This document shows, in pieces, positions 38,863-49,473 of a DNA stretch of 64,000 nucleotides (position 1 is the stretch's first letter; each line of letters opens with the position of its first letter). The notes under the pieces were generated by a model. That model was not told where the DNA came from. It worked only from the letters and a program-made list of their open reading frames with translations, and ran no database searches. This DNA comes from Nitrospirales bacterium. Its GTDB lineage: Bacteria; Nitrospirota; Nitrospiria; Nitrospirales; UBA8639. Both the position numbers and the translations under genes were made by a program. Location of the stretch: NCBI GenBank assembly GCA_963555755.3, contig OY820905.2:4160001-4224000 (forward strand), in the 5' to 3' direction.

Positions 38863-39159
38863 TTAATTCCCAGGGACGGCCATTATGGGCTGACGAGCAT
38901 CTTCGTCACGTTGGCAGGTGCCTGTAGCGAACATACGTTGTCCATCCGTGGCATTGCTCGGAATTCGACCCATACATGCTTCTAAGGAATCTCCATACGT
39001 ACCTGAAGCAACGTCCGAGCTGGAGGCTGAAGAGGTGGATCCGTATCCACTAGACCCTGAGCTTCCACCTTCCATCTGCATTTCAGCGCATCCAAACATG
39101 AGTAATGCTGCGGCAGAAATACCTAAGAAACTACGAAACAGAGAAAGCGTGTTTTTCAT
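38863..39159 (-). CDS. Small lipoprotein
   Basis: GAGGG RBS, lipobox MFGC, Ser/Gly linker, two further Cys. Confidence 0.7.
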   Translation of the reverse strand: MKNTLSLFRSFLGISAAALLMFGCAEMQMEGGSSGSSGYGSTSSASSSDVASGTYGDSLEACMGRIPSNATDGQRMFATGTCQRDEDARQPIMAVPGN

Positions 39160-39357
39160 GAATTTTCCCTCCTTGTGCGTAACGACATAGCAATATAGTA
39201 AAGCCTAGATAAAAAGGCAAGGGTTCGTCTGGTTCATCATCCTGTTATCTTGACACTAGTGGCCTTTATTGCTACGTTCAAACCTTGTTGTCCCGAGCTA
39301 AAAAACTGATGTTTTTACACTCATTCGGCCTTTCAAAATAGGCTTCTAACATCCCCT

Positions 39358-40422
39358 GTGACCGTTCAGGACCTCATCCTCTCTCTCCATCAATTCTGGG
39401 CTAACCAACACTGCATTATTTGCCAACCCTATGATGTGGAAAAGGGCGCCGGCACCTTTAATCCAGCAACATTTTTGCGGGTGTTAGGGCCGGAACCCTG
39501 GCGTGCGGCATATGTCGAACCCTGTCGTCGTCCTACTGATGGGCGGTATGGAAACAATCCCAATCGTCTCCAACATTATTACCAATACCAGGTGGTGATG
39601 AAGCCCTGCCCTGATAACATTCAATCTCTGTATTTGGAGAGTTTGGCTGCTTTGGGCATTGATCCGCGCAAGCATGACATTCAGTTCATTCAAGATGATT
39701 GGGAATCCCCGACCCTCGGAGCCTGGGGGCTGGGATGGGAAGTGCGATTGGATGGAATGGAAATCACGCAGTTCACGTATTTTCAGGAAGCTGGTGGACA
39801 AGCGCTCGATCCGATCACGGTTGAACTGACTTATGGGACTGAACGCATCGCCATGTATCTACAGGAAGTGAATAGCGTCTATGACTTGCTGTGGACCACA
39901 GGCATGACTTACGGGGATCTCTTTCATGATGCCGAGGTCCAGTTCTCCACGTACAATTTCGAAGTGGCTGATGTCAGCATGTTGAGTGCGATGTTTACTT
40001 CATGCGAGGCTGAATGTCGCACACTCTTGGAACAAGGATTGGTCCTTCCAGCCTATGACTACTGCATGAAGTCGTCGCATTTGTTTAATGTGCTGGACGC
40101 GCGCGGGGCGATTAGTGTTGCGGAGCGAACGGGGTATATGGGGCGGGTTCGGAGGTTAGCTCGCGCCTGTGCCGCGGCCTATGTCGAACGTCGCGAGAGC
40201 CTGGGATTCCCCTTGCTGAAGAAAGCCAATGTGCCTGGACCTTCGAAGAAATCAAAAATGCTTCCGGCGAAGAAGTCAAAAATGCTTCCGGCGAAGAAGT
40301 CAAAAATGCTTCCGGCGAAGAAGTCAACAAAGCCTCAGGCGAAAAAGTCAAAAAAACCTCAAGCGATGAAGCGCATGCCACCACGTGCTCGGTCTGTCGC
40401 GTCAATTGGAAAAAAGAAATAA
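39358..40422 (+). CDS. glyQ: Glycine-tRNA ligase alpha subunit with Lys-rich repeat tail
   Basis: [44 protein letters not shown]. Confidence 0.97.
   Translation: MTVQDLILSLHQFWANQHCIICQPYDVEKGAGTFNPATFLRVLGPEPWRAAYVEPCRRPTDGRYGNNPNRLQHYYQYQVVMKPCPDNIQSLYLESLAALGIDPRKHDIQFIQDDWESPTLGAWGLGWEVRLDGMEITQFTYFQEAGGQALDPITVELTYGTERIAMYLQEVNSVYDLLWTTGMTYGDLFHDAEVQFSTYNFEVADVSMLSAMFTSCEAECRTLLEQGLVLPAYDYCMKSSHLFNVLDARGAISVAERTGYMGRVRRLARACAAAYVERRESLGFPLLKKANVPGPSKKSKMLPAKKSKMLPAKKSKMLPAKKSTKPQAKKSKKPQAMKRMPPRARSVASIGKKK
40244..40365 (+). repeat. 24-nt coding tandem repeat (KKSKMLPA x3 plus 2 variants)
   Basis: CGAAGAAGTCAAAAATGCTTCCGG units. Confidence 0.9.
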
Positions 40423-40432
40423 CGCTCTCGTG

Positions 40433-42655
40433 ATGGAACGATCGCCAAGCAGAAAGCCTCAATCCTCACAGCCAAAAGCCAAATCTTTAGCTCCGGACAC
40501 GGCCTCGTTTCTTCTGGAGATAGGCTCGGAAGAATTACCCTGGCAAATGATTCAGCCGGGGATGACACAGCTCGCCCAATCCCTCGATGCGATGTTAACC
40601 GAGCTACGGATTACTCACGGAGCGGTTCGTGCGTTTGGAACTCCACGGCGGTTGGCTGTGGTGGTTGAGGCAGTGGCTAAGTCACAAACCTCGGCTCATC
40701 AAGAGGTGTTTGGTCCGTCAAAGGCCGTGGCCTTCGATGTCCAAGGGCACCTCACTAAAGCTGGCAAAGGGTTTGCCAAATCGCAGGGCATCGATGCGAA
40801 ATCTCTGGAAATTCGAGAAACCCCGAAGGGGGTGTATGTCTGTGCCGTAAAACATCAAGAAGGTCGACGAACGAATGTGGTGTTACGCGAAACGCTTGTC
40901 CCCTTGATTCAGAGCCTCTCGTTTTCGAAAACTATGCATTGGAATGCGTCGGGAGTTCGGTATCCTCGACCGATTCGGTGGTTAGTTGCGCTGTTGGGAA
41001 ACACGACAATCCATATTGAAGTCGCTGGGGTAGAGTCGGGGAATCGAACGTGGGGGCATCGATTCCTTTCGGGAAAGAAGCCCTCCACGATGGCCGCTCA
41101 AGGAATCGAAGTGAAACGGCCCGAGGCCTATGAGGCGACACTCGAATGTGCCGGGGTCGTAGCAGATCCTCTTCGGCGGCGGACCATCATGCAAAGCCAA
41201 ATCCATACGCTTGCCAAGGCCGTCAAAGGTCAAGCGTATCCCGCTAACCGTGATGAGTTATTGGAGCAAGCCGTTTTTTCAGCCGAGTGTCCCAATTTGG
41301 TATGTGGGGCGTTTGATAAGAAGTATTTAGAGTTGCCCCCGGAGGTGCTCATCACCTCCATGAAGGAGCATCAAGGGTTTTTCTCCGTTGTCGATTCGAA
41401 GCAAGTCTTGCTGCCGAAGTTTCTCGCTCCGACGAACATGAAAATCCCAAAGATGGATTTGATTAGGGTGGGGAATGAGCGAGTATTGGCCGCACGCCTT
41501 GCGGATGCCCGGTACTTTTTTGAAGAAGACTGCAAAGGCAAGCTGGCCGATCGCGTGAATCAACTCAAGGGTGTGGTGTTCCATAAGAAACTCGGAACCT
41601 TGTATCAAAAGACGGATCGGCTGATATCTCTGATTGGGACCATTGCCGAGGCTGCGGGATCCGTGGACTTGAAAGAGCCAGGGCAGCGAGTCGCGCTGTT
41701 GAGTAAGGCGGATCTCTCGACGGGGATGGTGGGAGAATTTCCAACGCTGCAAGGTGCAATGGGAAAAGAATACGCCGCTCACGATGGGGAGTCTTCTCAT
41801 GTCTGCCAGGCGTTGGGTGAGTATTATCAACCTCGCACACCCGAGGATGCGATACCCGAAACCCGTGTTGGCCAGTTCTTGTCGATCGTTGATCGGTTGG
41901 ATACCTTAGCTGCCTTTTTTCATGTGGGCATGGTGCCGTCCGGGTCGGAAGATCCGTTTGCGCTTCGACGGCAGGCCTTTGGGTTAGTTCGTATTGTAGT
42001 TGAAGGGCCTGTCAACGTGAATCTCATTGACCTCCTTCGTCAGGCCGAACAATTGTTAACAAAGCAGGGAGTGCAGTCGGTGCAACCCGCGGAAGATGGG
42101 CAGGACAAAAACCCCGGGGAACCACTTGCGACGCTGGTTGAATTTCTGGCGGATCGACTTCGATACTATGGGCGATCACTTCATGGGTTTCGAGAGGATG
42201 TGATGGATGCGGTCCTTAAAGGGCGGAAATTTGGCGAGTTCTCTATGCCCGATCTGTTTTCCCGCATGGAAGCCATTCAGGCCATCACGCGCCAGGAGGA
42301 TTTTGATCCTTTGATGGTGGGATTTAAGCGGGCGCATCGATTAATCGAAAAAGAACAATGGATCTCAAGTGAGGTGAAACCTGACCTCTTGGTCCATCAA
42401 TCTGAGCAGGCATTGATTCAGGTTGTTGATTTGACACAAGCAACTGTGGCCGCATCAATAGCCGAAATGGATTATCCCAGGGCCTTGCAGGCACTGATTG
42501 AGTTAAAAAATCCTATCGATGCCTTTTTCGATGGGGTTCTGGTCAATGCTCCGCAACCAGAGGTACGCGCCAATCGATTATCGTTATTACGGAAGGTGGA
42601 CGAATTATTTTTAGGCATTGGTGACCTGTCGCAGATTCAAGTGCAAGGTCAGTAG
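40433..42655 (+). CDS. glyS: Glycine-tRNA ligase beta subunit
   Basis: LLEIGSEELP, TPRRL, GNERVLAARLADA, MVGEFPTLQG, GSEDPFALRR, NRLSLL. Confidence 0.96.
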   Translation: MERSPSRKPQSSQPKAKSLAPDTASFLLEIGSEELPWQMIQPGMTQLAQSLDAMLTELRITHGAVRAFGTPRRLAVVVEAVAKSQTSAHQEVFGPSKAVAFDVQGHLTKAGKGFAKSQGIDAKSLEIRETPKGVYVCAVKHQEGRRTNVVLRETLVPLIQSLSFSKTMHWNASGVRYPRPIRWLVALLGNTTIHIEVAGVESGNRTWGHRFLSGKKPSTMAAQGIEVKRPEAYEATLECAGVVADPLRRRTIMQSQIHTLAKAVKGQAYPANRDELLEQAVFSAECPNLVCGAFDKKYLELPPEVLITSMKEHQGFFSVVDSKQVLLPKFLAPTNMKIPKMDLIRVGNERVLAARLADARYFFEEDCKGKLADRVNQLKGVVFHKKLGTLYQKTDRLISLIGTIAEAAGSVDLKEPGQRVALLSKADLSTGMVGEFPTLQGAMGKEYAAHDGESSHVCQALGEYYQPRTPEDAIPETRVGQFLSIVDRLDTLAAFFHVGMVPSGSEDPFALRRQAFGLVRIVVEGPVNVNLIDLLRQAEQLLTKQGVQSVQPAEDGQDKNPGEPLATLVEFLADRLRYYGRSLHGFREDVMDAVLKGRKFGEFSMPDLFSRMEAIQAITRQEDFDPLMVGFKRAHRLIEKEQWISSEVKPDLLVHQSEQALIQVVDLTQATVAASIAEMDYPRALQALIELKNPIDAFFDGVLVNAPQPEVRANRLSLLRKVDELFLGIGDLSQIQVQGQ

Positions 42656-42709
42656 CCCGCAGAATCTGAAGGCAGAATTGTATGTATCATGTAGGGATGC
42701 TCAAGTCCC

Positions 42710-43165
42710 ATGATCTTTTCTGAATCGCGATTTCGATGGTTTAGTTTCTGGATCACGCTCCTATTAATCATTGTGTGTAATGGCATGCTGTTGGGAGCTC
42801 TATGGGCGAGCGGCCTGGATCTGGATTTTGTTTTGACGAATTCCGATCTCTACGATCCAGCAACTGGGCATTGCGTGGGTTTGGCTTGGACGAACGTGTC
42901 AGGTGTCGAAAGCCCTATTCAGGTGTGTTCAGAATGGCTAGATACCACTGATCCAACTGGGCAAGTTCACACGCTCAGAACACATGAGCCGTTGGCAATG
43001 GGGCCAGATGGGAATTTGTACTATCAGAATGCCCGAAACGCGGATCTTCAACTTTTGGCCTTACTTGTCTTTACCATCGCGGTGATTTTTTCCGGAATGC
43101 GCCTGAAACGGTTTCTCATAACCTGGTACCAGCTACAGCTTCAGGCAGGCAGGCAGCAACTATAA
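42710..43165 (+). CDS. Hypothetical membrane protein (2 TM)
   Basis: Co-oriented ORF between glyS and ppdK with N- and C-terminal hydrophobic segments. Confidence 0.65.
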   Translation: MIFSESRFRWFSFWITLLLIIVCNGMLLGALWASGLDLDFVLTNSDLYDPATGHCVGLAWTNVSGVESPIQVCSEWLDTTDPTGQVHTLRTHEPLAMGPDGNLYYQNARNADLQLLALLVFTIAVIFSGMRLKRFLITWYQLQLQAGRQQL

Positions 43166-43371
43166 AACGACTTCGGGCAGATTTTTGCCTGTGGGCAAAG
43201 GGAATCTATGTGTGTGACCTTCATAATGTTACGAATTTTTGAAACTTATCCTAAATTCACACAGAAATATTTATGAGAAATCCTAAAACTGTGGTACATT
43301 TTCGCTTCTTCTATCTGAGGGGGTGATACTGGTCGGCTGGACTATTCCAGCCAAGAAGGGGGAGCCAACGC

Positions 43372-46221
43372 ATGCGGAACAAGAAGTATGTCTACTACTT
43401 CGGTGACGGCAAAGCCGAAGGGAAGGGCTCAATGAGAGAGCTCCTTGGCGGAAAAGGTGCTGGTCTTGCCGAAATGACCAACATGAACATTTCCGTCCCG
43501 TCAGGGTTTACCATCACCACCGACGCCTGCCTCGAATATTTTCATTCCAAGAAAAAGTATCCGACGGGAATGTGGGATCAAACCCTCCAGGGATTGAAGC
43601 GCATTGAACGGTCCATGAAAGCTGGGTTTGGCGATTCAAAGAATCCCTTGCTCGTGTCGGTGCGTTCGGGGGCGCGTGCTTCCATGCCGGGCATGATGGA
43701 TACGGTCTTAAATCTAGGGTTGAATTCTGTCACGGTGAAGGCGCTGGCCAACAAAACGAACAATCCGCGTTTCGCTATGGATGCCTATCGCCGATTTATT
43801 ACGATGTTTGGATCTGTGGTGATGGACATCCATCGTGATAAATTTGAAGACGTATTAGATGAAACGAAACGGGCATTAGGCGTGACGAGCGATACCGATA
43901 TTCCTGCCGAAGGTCTTGCCGAGCTCATCATGAAATATCAAGAAGTGGTTCGTCAGGAAACCGGGAGGAAATTTCCTGAAGATCCCTTAGAGCAGTTGAA
44001 GATGGGCATCAATGCGGTGTTTACCTCATGGTTTGGTGATCGCGCGGTCACCTATCGAAAGATTTATGACATTCCCGATACCTGGGGGACGGCAGTCAAT
44101 GTCCAATCCATGGTTTTCGGCAATATGGGTGAGACGAGCGGAACGGGAGTCGCCTTTACCCGAAATCCCTCAACAGGTGTGCGAACATTTTTCGGAGAAT
44201 ACTTGTTGAATGCGCAAGGTGAGGATGTCGTAGCCGGAATTCGAACGCCTCTCCCGGTGACTGCCCTTAAAGACAAACTTCCTTCTGCCTATAAAACCCT
44301 CATGACCACTCAAAAGATTTTGGAAAAGCATTACCGCGATATGCAGGATATGGAGTTTACGATTCAAGAGGGCAAGCTCTACATGCTGCAAACACGGGTT
44401 GGGAAGCGAACGGGAATTGCGGCCGTCCGTATTGCGATCGAGATGGTGAAGGAAGGTCTTATTGATAAGAAAGAGGCGGTCCGTCGTGTGGCCACGGAAC
44501 AACTCGCGCAGTATCTATACCCCATTTTTGAGCAAGCGGAAGAGAAAAAATATCAGCCGGTCGGTAAAGGGCTGCCTGCTGGACCGGGTGCTGCCTGTGG
44601 CAAGATTGCGTTGACGCCGGAATTAGCCGTTGCCATGAAAGCTCGCGGTGAAAAATCGATTTTAGTGCGAAAAGAAACTAGCCCCGATGATATTCATGGT
44701 ATGTACGCGTCGGAAGGATTTTTAACGGCCACGGGAGGAATGACCTCCCACGCCGCGGTGGTTGCGCGCCAAATGGGAAAGGTCTGTGTGGCTGGTTGCG
44801 ATGATGTCGAAGTCCTGGAAGGCCAAGGCAAGGTCCGAATAGGACCGACCGTCTTCAAAGAAGGTGACGCTCTTTCCCTGAATGGGTTTACGGGATTTGT
44901 GTATGGGGGGCTGCTGTCGGTGGTAGCGTCCGAAGTGATTCAAGTCATTCAAGGAAAACTATCCATCAGTCAGTCTGAAAAGTATCGGTATTTCTCGACC
45001 ATTCTCAAATGGGCCGATGAATTTCGACACTTGAAGGTGCGTGCGAATGCCGATGTGCCTGATCAAGCCCAAATCGCACGAGGCTTCGGCGCGGAGGGTA
45101 TTGGATTGTGTCGAACAGAGCATATGTTTTTCGCTGAAGATCGGGCGCCCATTATGCAGGCCATGATTCTCGCCTCGACTCCCGAAGAACGAGGAAAATA
45201 TTTGGATCAGCTTCTTCCCCTTCAGAAAAAAGACTTTATCGGGCTCTATCGGGAAATGGAAGGGTATCCCGTCACCATTCGACTCCTGGACCCGCCTCTC
45301 CATGAATTTTTACCTAAACGTGAACACCTGATGGTGGAAATTGTTCGTTTGGAATTGACCAACGGCAGCCCAACTCAGATCGAAGAAAAAAAGAAAATGT
45401 TAGCTCGCGTCGAAGAGTTGCATGAATTTAATCCCATGCTCGGATTACGGGGATGTCGCTTGGGTATTACGATGCCAGAGATCACTCGCATGCAGGTTCG
45501 CGCGATCATGGAAGCCGCCTGCCACGTAGCGAAAGAAGGTAAGAAGCCCATTCTGGAAATTATGATCCCCTTGGTCGGGATGTCCTCGGAGATGAAATCT
45601 CAAAAAAGGCTCATTAAAGAAGTAGCCGAGGAAACCATGAAGCGGTGTGGCAAGAAGCTGTCCTATTTGATCGGCACCATGATTGAGTTGCCGAGAGCGG
45701 CAGTGACTGCGCGGCAAATCGCCGAAGACGCCGAGTTCTTTTCATTTGGCACCAACGATCTCACGCAAACCACGTATGGACTCTCGCGTGACGATGCGGC
45801 GAGGTTCACGGGATTTTATCGTGATCATAATTTGCTGGAATTTGATCCGTTTGCCGTACTCGATCAAGAAGGCGTGGGGGCGCTCATGCGCTTGGCTCGG
45901 GATGAAGGTCGTGCCGCTCGCCCAGACATCAAACTTGGTATTTGTGGTGAGCATGGTGGGGAGCCCAGTTCCGTAGAGTTCTGTCATAACCTTGGGTTGG
46001 ACTATGTGAGTTGTTCCCCGTATCGGGTGGCTATTGCACGGCTTGCCGCAGCGCAGGCTGTACTCAATGCGGAGGATCAGAAACCGGCGGCGAAGCCAAA
46101 GAAAAAAGCTGCGAAGGCTTCGGCCAAAACCAAAACCCATGCCCGTCGCGTAGGTGCTCCAACATCCAAAGCCAAGCCGAAAGCCAAAGCACGGCCACGA
46201 AATACTAAAGCTCGCCGGTGA
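43372..46221 (+). CDS. ppdK: Pyruvate, phosphate dikinase
   Basis: LLGGKGAGLAEM, VSVRSGA, GGMTSHAAVVAR, GIGLCRTEHMF, GICGEHGG. Confidence 0.98.
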   Translation: MRNKKYVYYFGDGKAEGKGSMRELLGGKGAGLAEMTNMNISVPSGFTITTDACLEYFHSKKKYPTGMWDQTLQGLKRIERSMKAGFGDSKNPLLVSVRSGARASMPGMMDTVLNLGLNSVTVKALANKTNNPRFAMDAYRRFITMFGSVVMDIHRDKFEDVLDETKRALGVTSDTDIPAEGLAELIMKYQEVVRQETGRKFPEDPLEQLKMGINAVFTSWFGDRAVTYRKIYDIPDTWGTAVNVQSMVFGNMGETSGTGVAFTRNPSTGVRTFFGEYLLNAQGEDVVAGIRTPLPVTALKDKLPSAYKTLMTTQKILEKHYRDMQDMEFTIQEGKLYMLQTRVGKRTGIAAVRIAIEMVKEGLIDKKEAVRRVATEQLAQYLYPIFEQAEEKKYQPVGKGLPAGPGAACGKIALTPELAVAMKARGEKSILVRKETSPDDIHGMYASEGFLTATGGMTSHAAVVARQMGKVCVAGCDDVEVLEGQGKVRIGPTVFKEGDALSLNGFTGFVYGGLLSVVASEVIQVIQGKLSISQSEKYRYFSTILKWADEFRHLKVRANADVPDQAQIARGFGAEGIGLCRTEHMFFAEDRAPIMQAMILASTPEERGKYLDQLLPLQKKDFIGLYREMEGYPVTIRLLDPPLHEFLPKREHLMVEIVRLELTNGSPTQIEEKKKMLARVEELHEFNPMLGLRGCRLGITMPEITRMQVRAIMEAACHVAKEGKKPILEIMIPLVGMSSEMKSQKRLIKEVAEETMKRCGKKLSYLIGTMIELPRAAVTARQIAEDAEFFSFGTNDLTQTTYGLSRDDAARFTGFYRDHNLLEFDPFAVLDQEGVGALMRLARDEGRAARPDIKLGICGEHGGEPSSVEFCHNLGLDYVSCSPYRVAIARLAAAQAVLNAEDQKPAAKPKKKAAKASAKTKTHARRVGAPTSKAKPKAKARPRNTKARR

Positions 46222-47351
46222 GTGACGTCGATCCAGACGTCACATTTATGAAACAGGCCCTTAGGCTTGCCGCCCGAGGCAGGGGAACGACGAGCCCGAA
46301 TCCCATGGTTGGTGCGATGGTCGTGGCCAAGGGGAAAGTTGTTGGTTCCGGTTATCACAAACAAGCCGGTGGCCCACACGCCGAAATCTTTGCGCTCCAA
46401 CAAGCCAAATCCCAATCTCGCAACGCCACCCTCTACCTCACCTTAGAACCCTGTTGCCATACAGAGAAACGAACTCCGCCTTGCGTGCCCGATATCATTC
46501 ATTCAGGTGTTAGTCGGGTTGTCGTGGCCATGCGGGACCCAAATCCTCAAGTGGCGGGTCGCGGCATTCAGCAACTGAGACGGGCAGGAATAGCCGTAGA
46601 CGTTGGGTGTCTCAAACACGAAGCTGCCACACTCAATGAGGTCTATGTCCATTGGATCAAAACCGGACGACCATTCGTTATTCTTAAAAGCGCGATGACC
46701 CTGGATGGAAAAATTGCCACAGCGAAGGGTGAGTCAAAATGGATTACAGGCCCAAGAGCGCGGGAACATGTTCATCTATTGAGGAGCCGAGTGGATGTGA
46801 TTGCGGTGGGAGTGAATACCGTTCTCAAAGATGATCCACAGCTCACCGTCCGGCTCTCAGCGAAAAAAGGACAATCCAGCATTTCTCGTCAACCAGTTCG
46901 GATGGTCTTTGATAGCCGACTTCGAATTCCGCTTACGGCCCGTGTTCTTCAAGGGGTCGAGCAATCCCCAACAGCCATCGCTACCACGAAAATGGCCAGC
47001 CACAAAAAAATTGAACAATTGCGATCGATGGATATAGAAGTTCTGGTGCTCCCTCAAAAACAAAACCGCGTCTCTATTCGTCGATGTCTTCAAGAACTTG
47101 GGAGCATGGGGATCACCAGTCTGATGGTAGAAGGTGGGAGCGAGATAAACGCCAGTTTTTTGCGTGAGGGTCTGGTGAATCAGGTGTGTCTGTATTTTGC
47201 CCCTGCCTTGCTAGGAGGACAAGACGCGAAAGGCTTGTTGGGGGGTCTCTCGCCCAAGCACTTGGGTGAAAAAGTTGCGGTATCGAAACTCCACCTTCAA
47301 TATCTTGGCGATGATGTATTGATCACAGGAGACTTGAGGCCCAAGCTATAA
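46218..47351 (+). CDS. ribD: Riboflavin biosynthesis deaminase/reductase
   Basis: PNPMVGA, HAE, LEPCCH, TLDGKIA, VEGG. Confidence 0.96.
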   Translation: MSDVDPDVTFMKQALRLAARGRGTTSPNPMVGAMVVAKGKVVGSGYHKQAGGPHAEIFALQQAKSQSRNATLYLTLEPCCHTEKRTPPCVPDIIHSGVSRVVVAMRDPNPQVAGRGIQQLRRAGIAVDVGCLKHEAATLNEVYVHWIKTGRPFVILKSAMTLDGKIATAKGESKWITGPRAREHVHLLRSRVDVIAVGVNTVLKDDPQLTVRLSAKKGQSSISRQPVRMVFDSRLRIPLTARVLQGVEQSPTAIATTKMASHKKIEQLRSMDIEVLVLPQKQNRVSIRRCLQELGSMGITSLMVEGGSEINASFLREGLVNQVCLYFAPALLGGQDAKGLLGGLSPKHLGEKVAVSKLHLQYLGDDVLITGDLRPKL

Positions 47352-47362
47352 TTAGGGAGGTC

Positions 47363-48019
47363 ATGATGAAAAAAGTCGCGGTTATTTTTTCAGGCTGTGG
47401 GTTTTTAGATGGTGCTGAGATCACCGAAGCGATTAGTACATTGGTGGCAATTGGGCAACAGGGCGCTGAGTATAAATGTTTCGCGCCGAATAAGGATGGG
47501 GCTGAAACGAATCATCTCACTCAACAACCCACCGGGCAAAATAGAAATGTGCTGCAAGAAGCTGCTCGTATTGCACGCGGTGAGATTCAGCCATTAGAAG
47601 ACTTAAAGGCGCAAGACTTTGATGCGCTAGCATTTCCCGGCGGGTTTGGCGCCGCGCTGCATTTATGCGACTTTGCACAAAAAGGCAGTGGTGGCACCAT
47701 TGATCCGCAGGTCCTTCGTATCGTGAAAGAATTTCATGAGGGTCGCAAGCCGATCGCCGCGATTTGCATTGCCCCAGCGATCATGGCTCTAGCGTTTGGA
47801 GACAAAGGCGTCAATGTGACTATTGGGGATGATCAGGGAACAGCATCAGAAGTTGAAAAAACAGGCGCCAAACATTCCAACTGCGCAGTCGAAAAGTTTG
47901 TCGTGGATTCTGCCAACAAAATCATCACCACTCCCGCCTATATGTACGGCACTGCCAAACCCCACCAAATCTTTGAAGGCGTGAGCGGAGCCATTGCCGA
48001 ACTGATTAAAATGGCGTGA
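47363..48019 (+). CDS. elbB: ElbB/ES1 (DJ-1/PfpI superfamily) glyoxalase
   Basis: SGCGFLDGAEITE, ARIARG, PGGFGAA, ICIAP, TTPAYM. Confidence 0.92.
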   Translation: MMKKVAVIFSGCGFLDGAEITEAISTLVAIGQQGAEYKCFAPNKDGAETNHLTQQPTGQNRNVLQEAARIARGEIQPLEDLKAQDFDALAFPGGFGAALHLCDFAQKGSGGTIDPQVLRIVKEFHEGRKPIAAICIAPAIMALAFGDKGVNVTIGDDQGTASEVEKTGAKHSNCAVEKFVVDSANKIITTPAYMYGTAKPHQIFEGVSGAIAELIKMA

Positions 48020-48022
48020 TTG

Positions 48023-48265
48023 GTGCGAGGTTTCGTCCCCGCGCGACGAGGCTCCTTCGACTTTGCTCAGGACAGGCCTTTTGTTTCGGCAAAAGTGCAC
48101 AAAACCATGTTCGCCCGTGCGTGGCCCTTTGGGTTCCTCCGCCTCCGCCCCGAACCAAGATGGCTCAGGAACTCGCGGAGCCTGTCCTGAGCCTTGTCGA
48201 AGGGCTCAAACAGCCCTCGCCGAGAGGTCGATTCGGGACTCCGGCTTCGCCACCCACGAAGGCGG
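48023..48265 (-). repeat. Repeat family G copy 3 containing two REP-H insertions
   Basis: Reverse-strand G. CCTTCGAC...CTCAGGACAGG at 48054-48076 and its inverse at 48181-48204. Confidence 0.8.
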
Positions 48266-48336
48266 ATGGAAGTGACATTTCCAAATTTTGAAATTGTGAG
48301 AAAGGTTTGCTAAGTGGAAGACTATTAGTCTTCCTA

Positions 48337-48472
48337 GTCATTCCCGACATTAGCAATCGGGAATCCAGGTTTTCCCCTCTGTCCCTTCACCCCTTCCATT
48401 GTCATTTCGACCCTTGGGAGAAATCTCTCGTTCGACACTGGGGGGAGATTTCCCGCTTCGCTCGAAATGACA
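48337..48472. repeat. GTCATT-type REPs (family D)
   Basis: GTCATTCCCGA...TCGGGAATCC and TGTCATTTCGACCCTTGGGAGAAATCT...AGATTTCC...TCGAAATGACA. Confidence 0.75.
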
Positions 48473-48526
48473 TTCAATGGTTATGTAAGGTTGCTCCTTC
48501 ATTTTCTGTCTCGGGTATGGGTTTTC

Positions 48527-48764
48527 GCGTTGGGCGCGGCGGAGCCTCCGTACCGAATCGACCTCTCGGCGAAGGTTGTTTGAGTCCTTCGACAAGGCCT
48601 GTCCTGAGTTTATCGAAGGGCTCAGGATGGACTCCGCGAGTTCCCGAGTTATCTTATTCGGTATGGAGGCGGAGGGACCCGGAGGGCTGCGCACAGGCGA
48701 GAATGGTTTTGGGTCCTTTTGCCGAAACAAAAGGATCTCGTCGTGTGGGGACGACACCCCACAT
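48527..48764 (+). repeat. Repeat family G copy 4 with self-nested REP-H
   Basis: Same scaffold as 26281-26495, ending GTGTGGGGACGACACCCCACAT. Confidence 0.82.
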
Positions 48765-48890
48765 AATTATTATTCTTGAACGAGCCCTCCTTCGGACGTA
48801 CCTTTGTCTTGCATTTGTTGTTGCCTTCGGTTTTACAAGTTCCATCTTGCGAAAGACGAACCACGAATCTCGAACTATGCCTTTGGTTCC

Positions 48891-49274
48891 TTAGCTCAAT
48901 AATCGGAGAGAAATCTTTTGAGCTATCTTGAAAAAGACCTGGTCCTCACTCAGGAGTTCGGCCTTCAAGTCTAGCGCGCATTGGGCAATGTGAGTATCAG
49001 GGGTGGAGACACTGAGCCCTTTCGAAAACAAATGTGCGCGAAAACTCCCTACCCGTATCCAGTGCTCCAAATTATGCTCACAGAGAGGAAGATCATGAAG
49101 AAAAGATTCTAATTGCCCACGTTGAGGTGTAGTCATTTTTCCACTGAGTAATTCCGCCGCAACTATGGGTGGGAGATAGACACGGCCTTCAGCCAAGGCC
49201 TCATCAATCACGGAAGAGCCCGTATGCGCGAAATAGGTAACCCAGCTGGAAGTATCAACGACGAGGGCGCTCAC
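48891..49274 (-). CDS. vapC: PIN-domain (VapC-like) toxin
   Basis: VVDTSSW, IVAAELLSG, PDTHIAQCA, LLSEDQ.F. Confidence 0.88.
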   Translation of the reverse strand: MSALVVDTSSWVTYFAHTGSSVIDEALAEGRVYLPPIVAAELLSGKMTTPQRGQLESFLHDLPLCEHNLEHWIRVGSFRAHLFSKGLSVSTPDTHIAQCALDLKAELLSEDQVFFKIAQKISLRLLS

Positions 49275-49473
49275 GAGAGACCTGAAGATCAATATCGAGT
49301 TTAAGGCGACCCCGAAGTCGAGAGGCTTTAGCCAAAGCTGCCCCCCGCTTGACCAAGGACAATCCCTGCGTGAGCGTTTCCGTCACCCCTGCCCCAGAAA
49401 CCTGACACGCTTCTTCCAAAAGGTCAGCAGGCAAATTGGCCGTCACCCGACGAATTTTTCGTTTTTCATTCAT
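49255..49473 (-). CDS. Putative VapB-like antitoxin
   Basis: Short ORF (RVTANLPADLLEEA...) overlapping the vapC start. Confidence 0.75.
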   Translation of the reverse strand: MNEKRKIRRVTANLPADLLEEACQVSGAGVTETLTQGLSLVKRGAALAKASRLRGRLKLDIDLQVSRERPRR

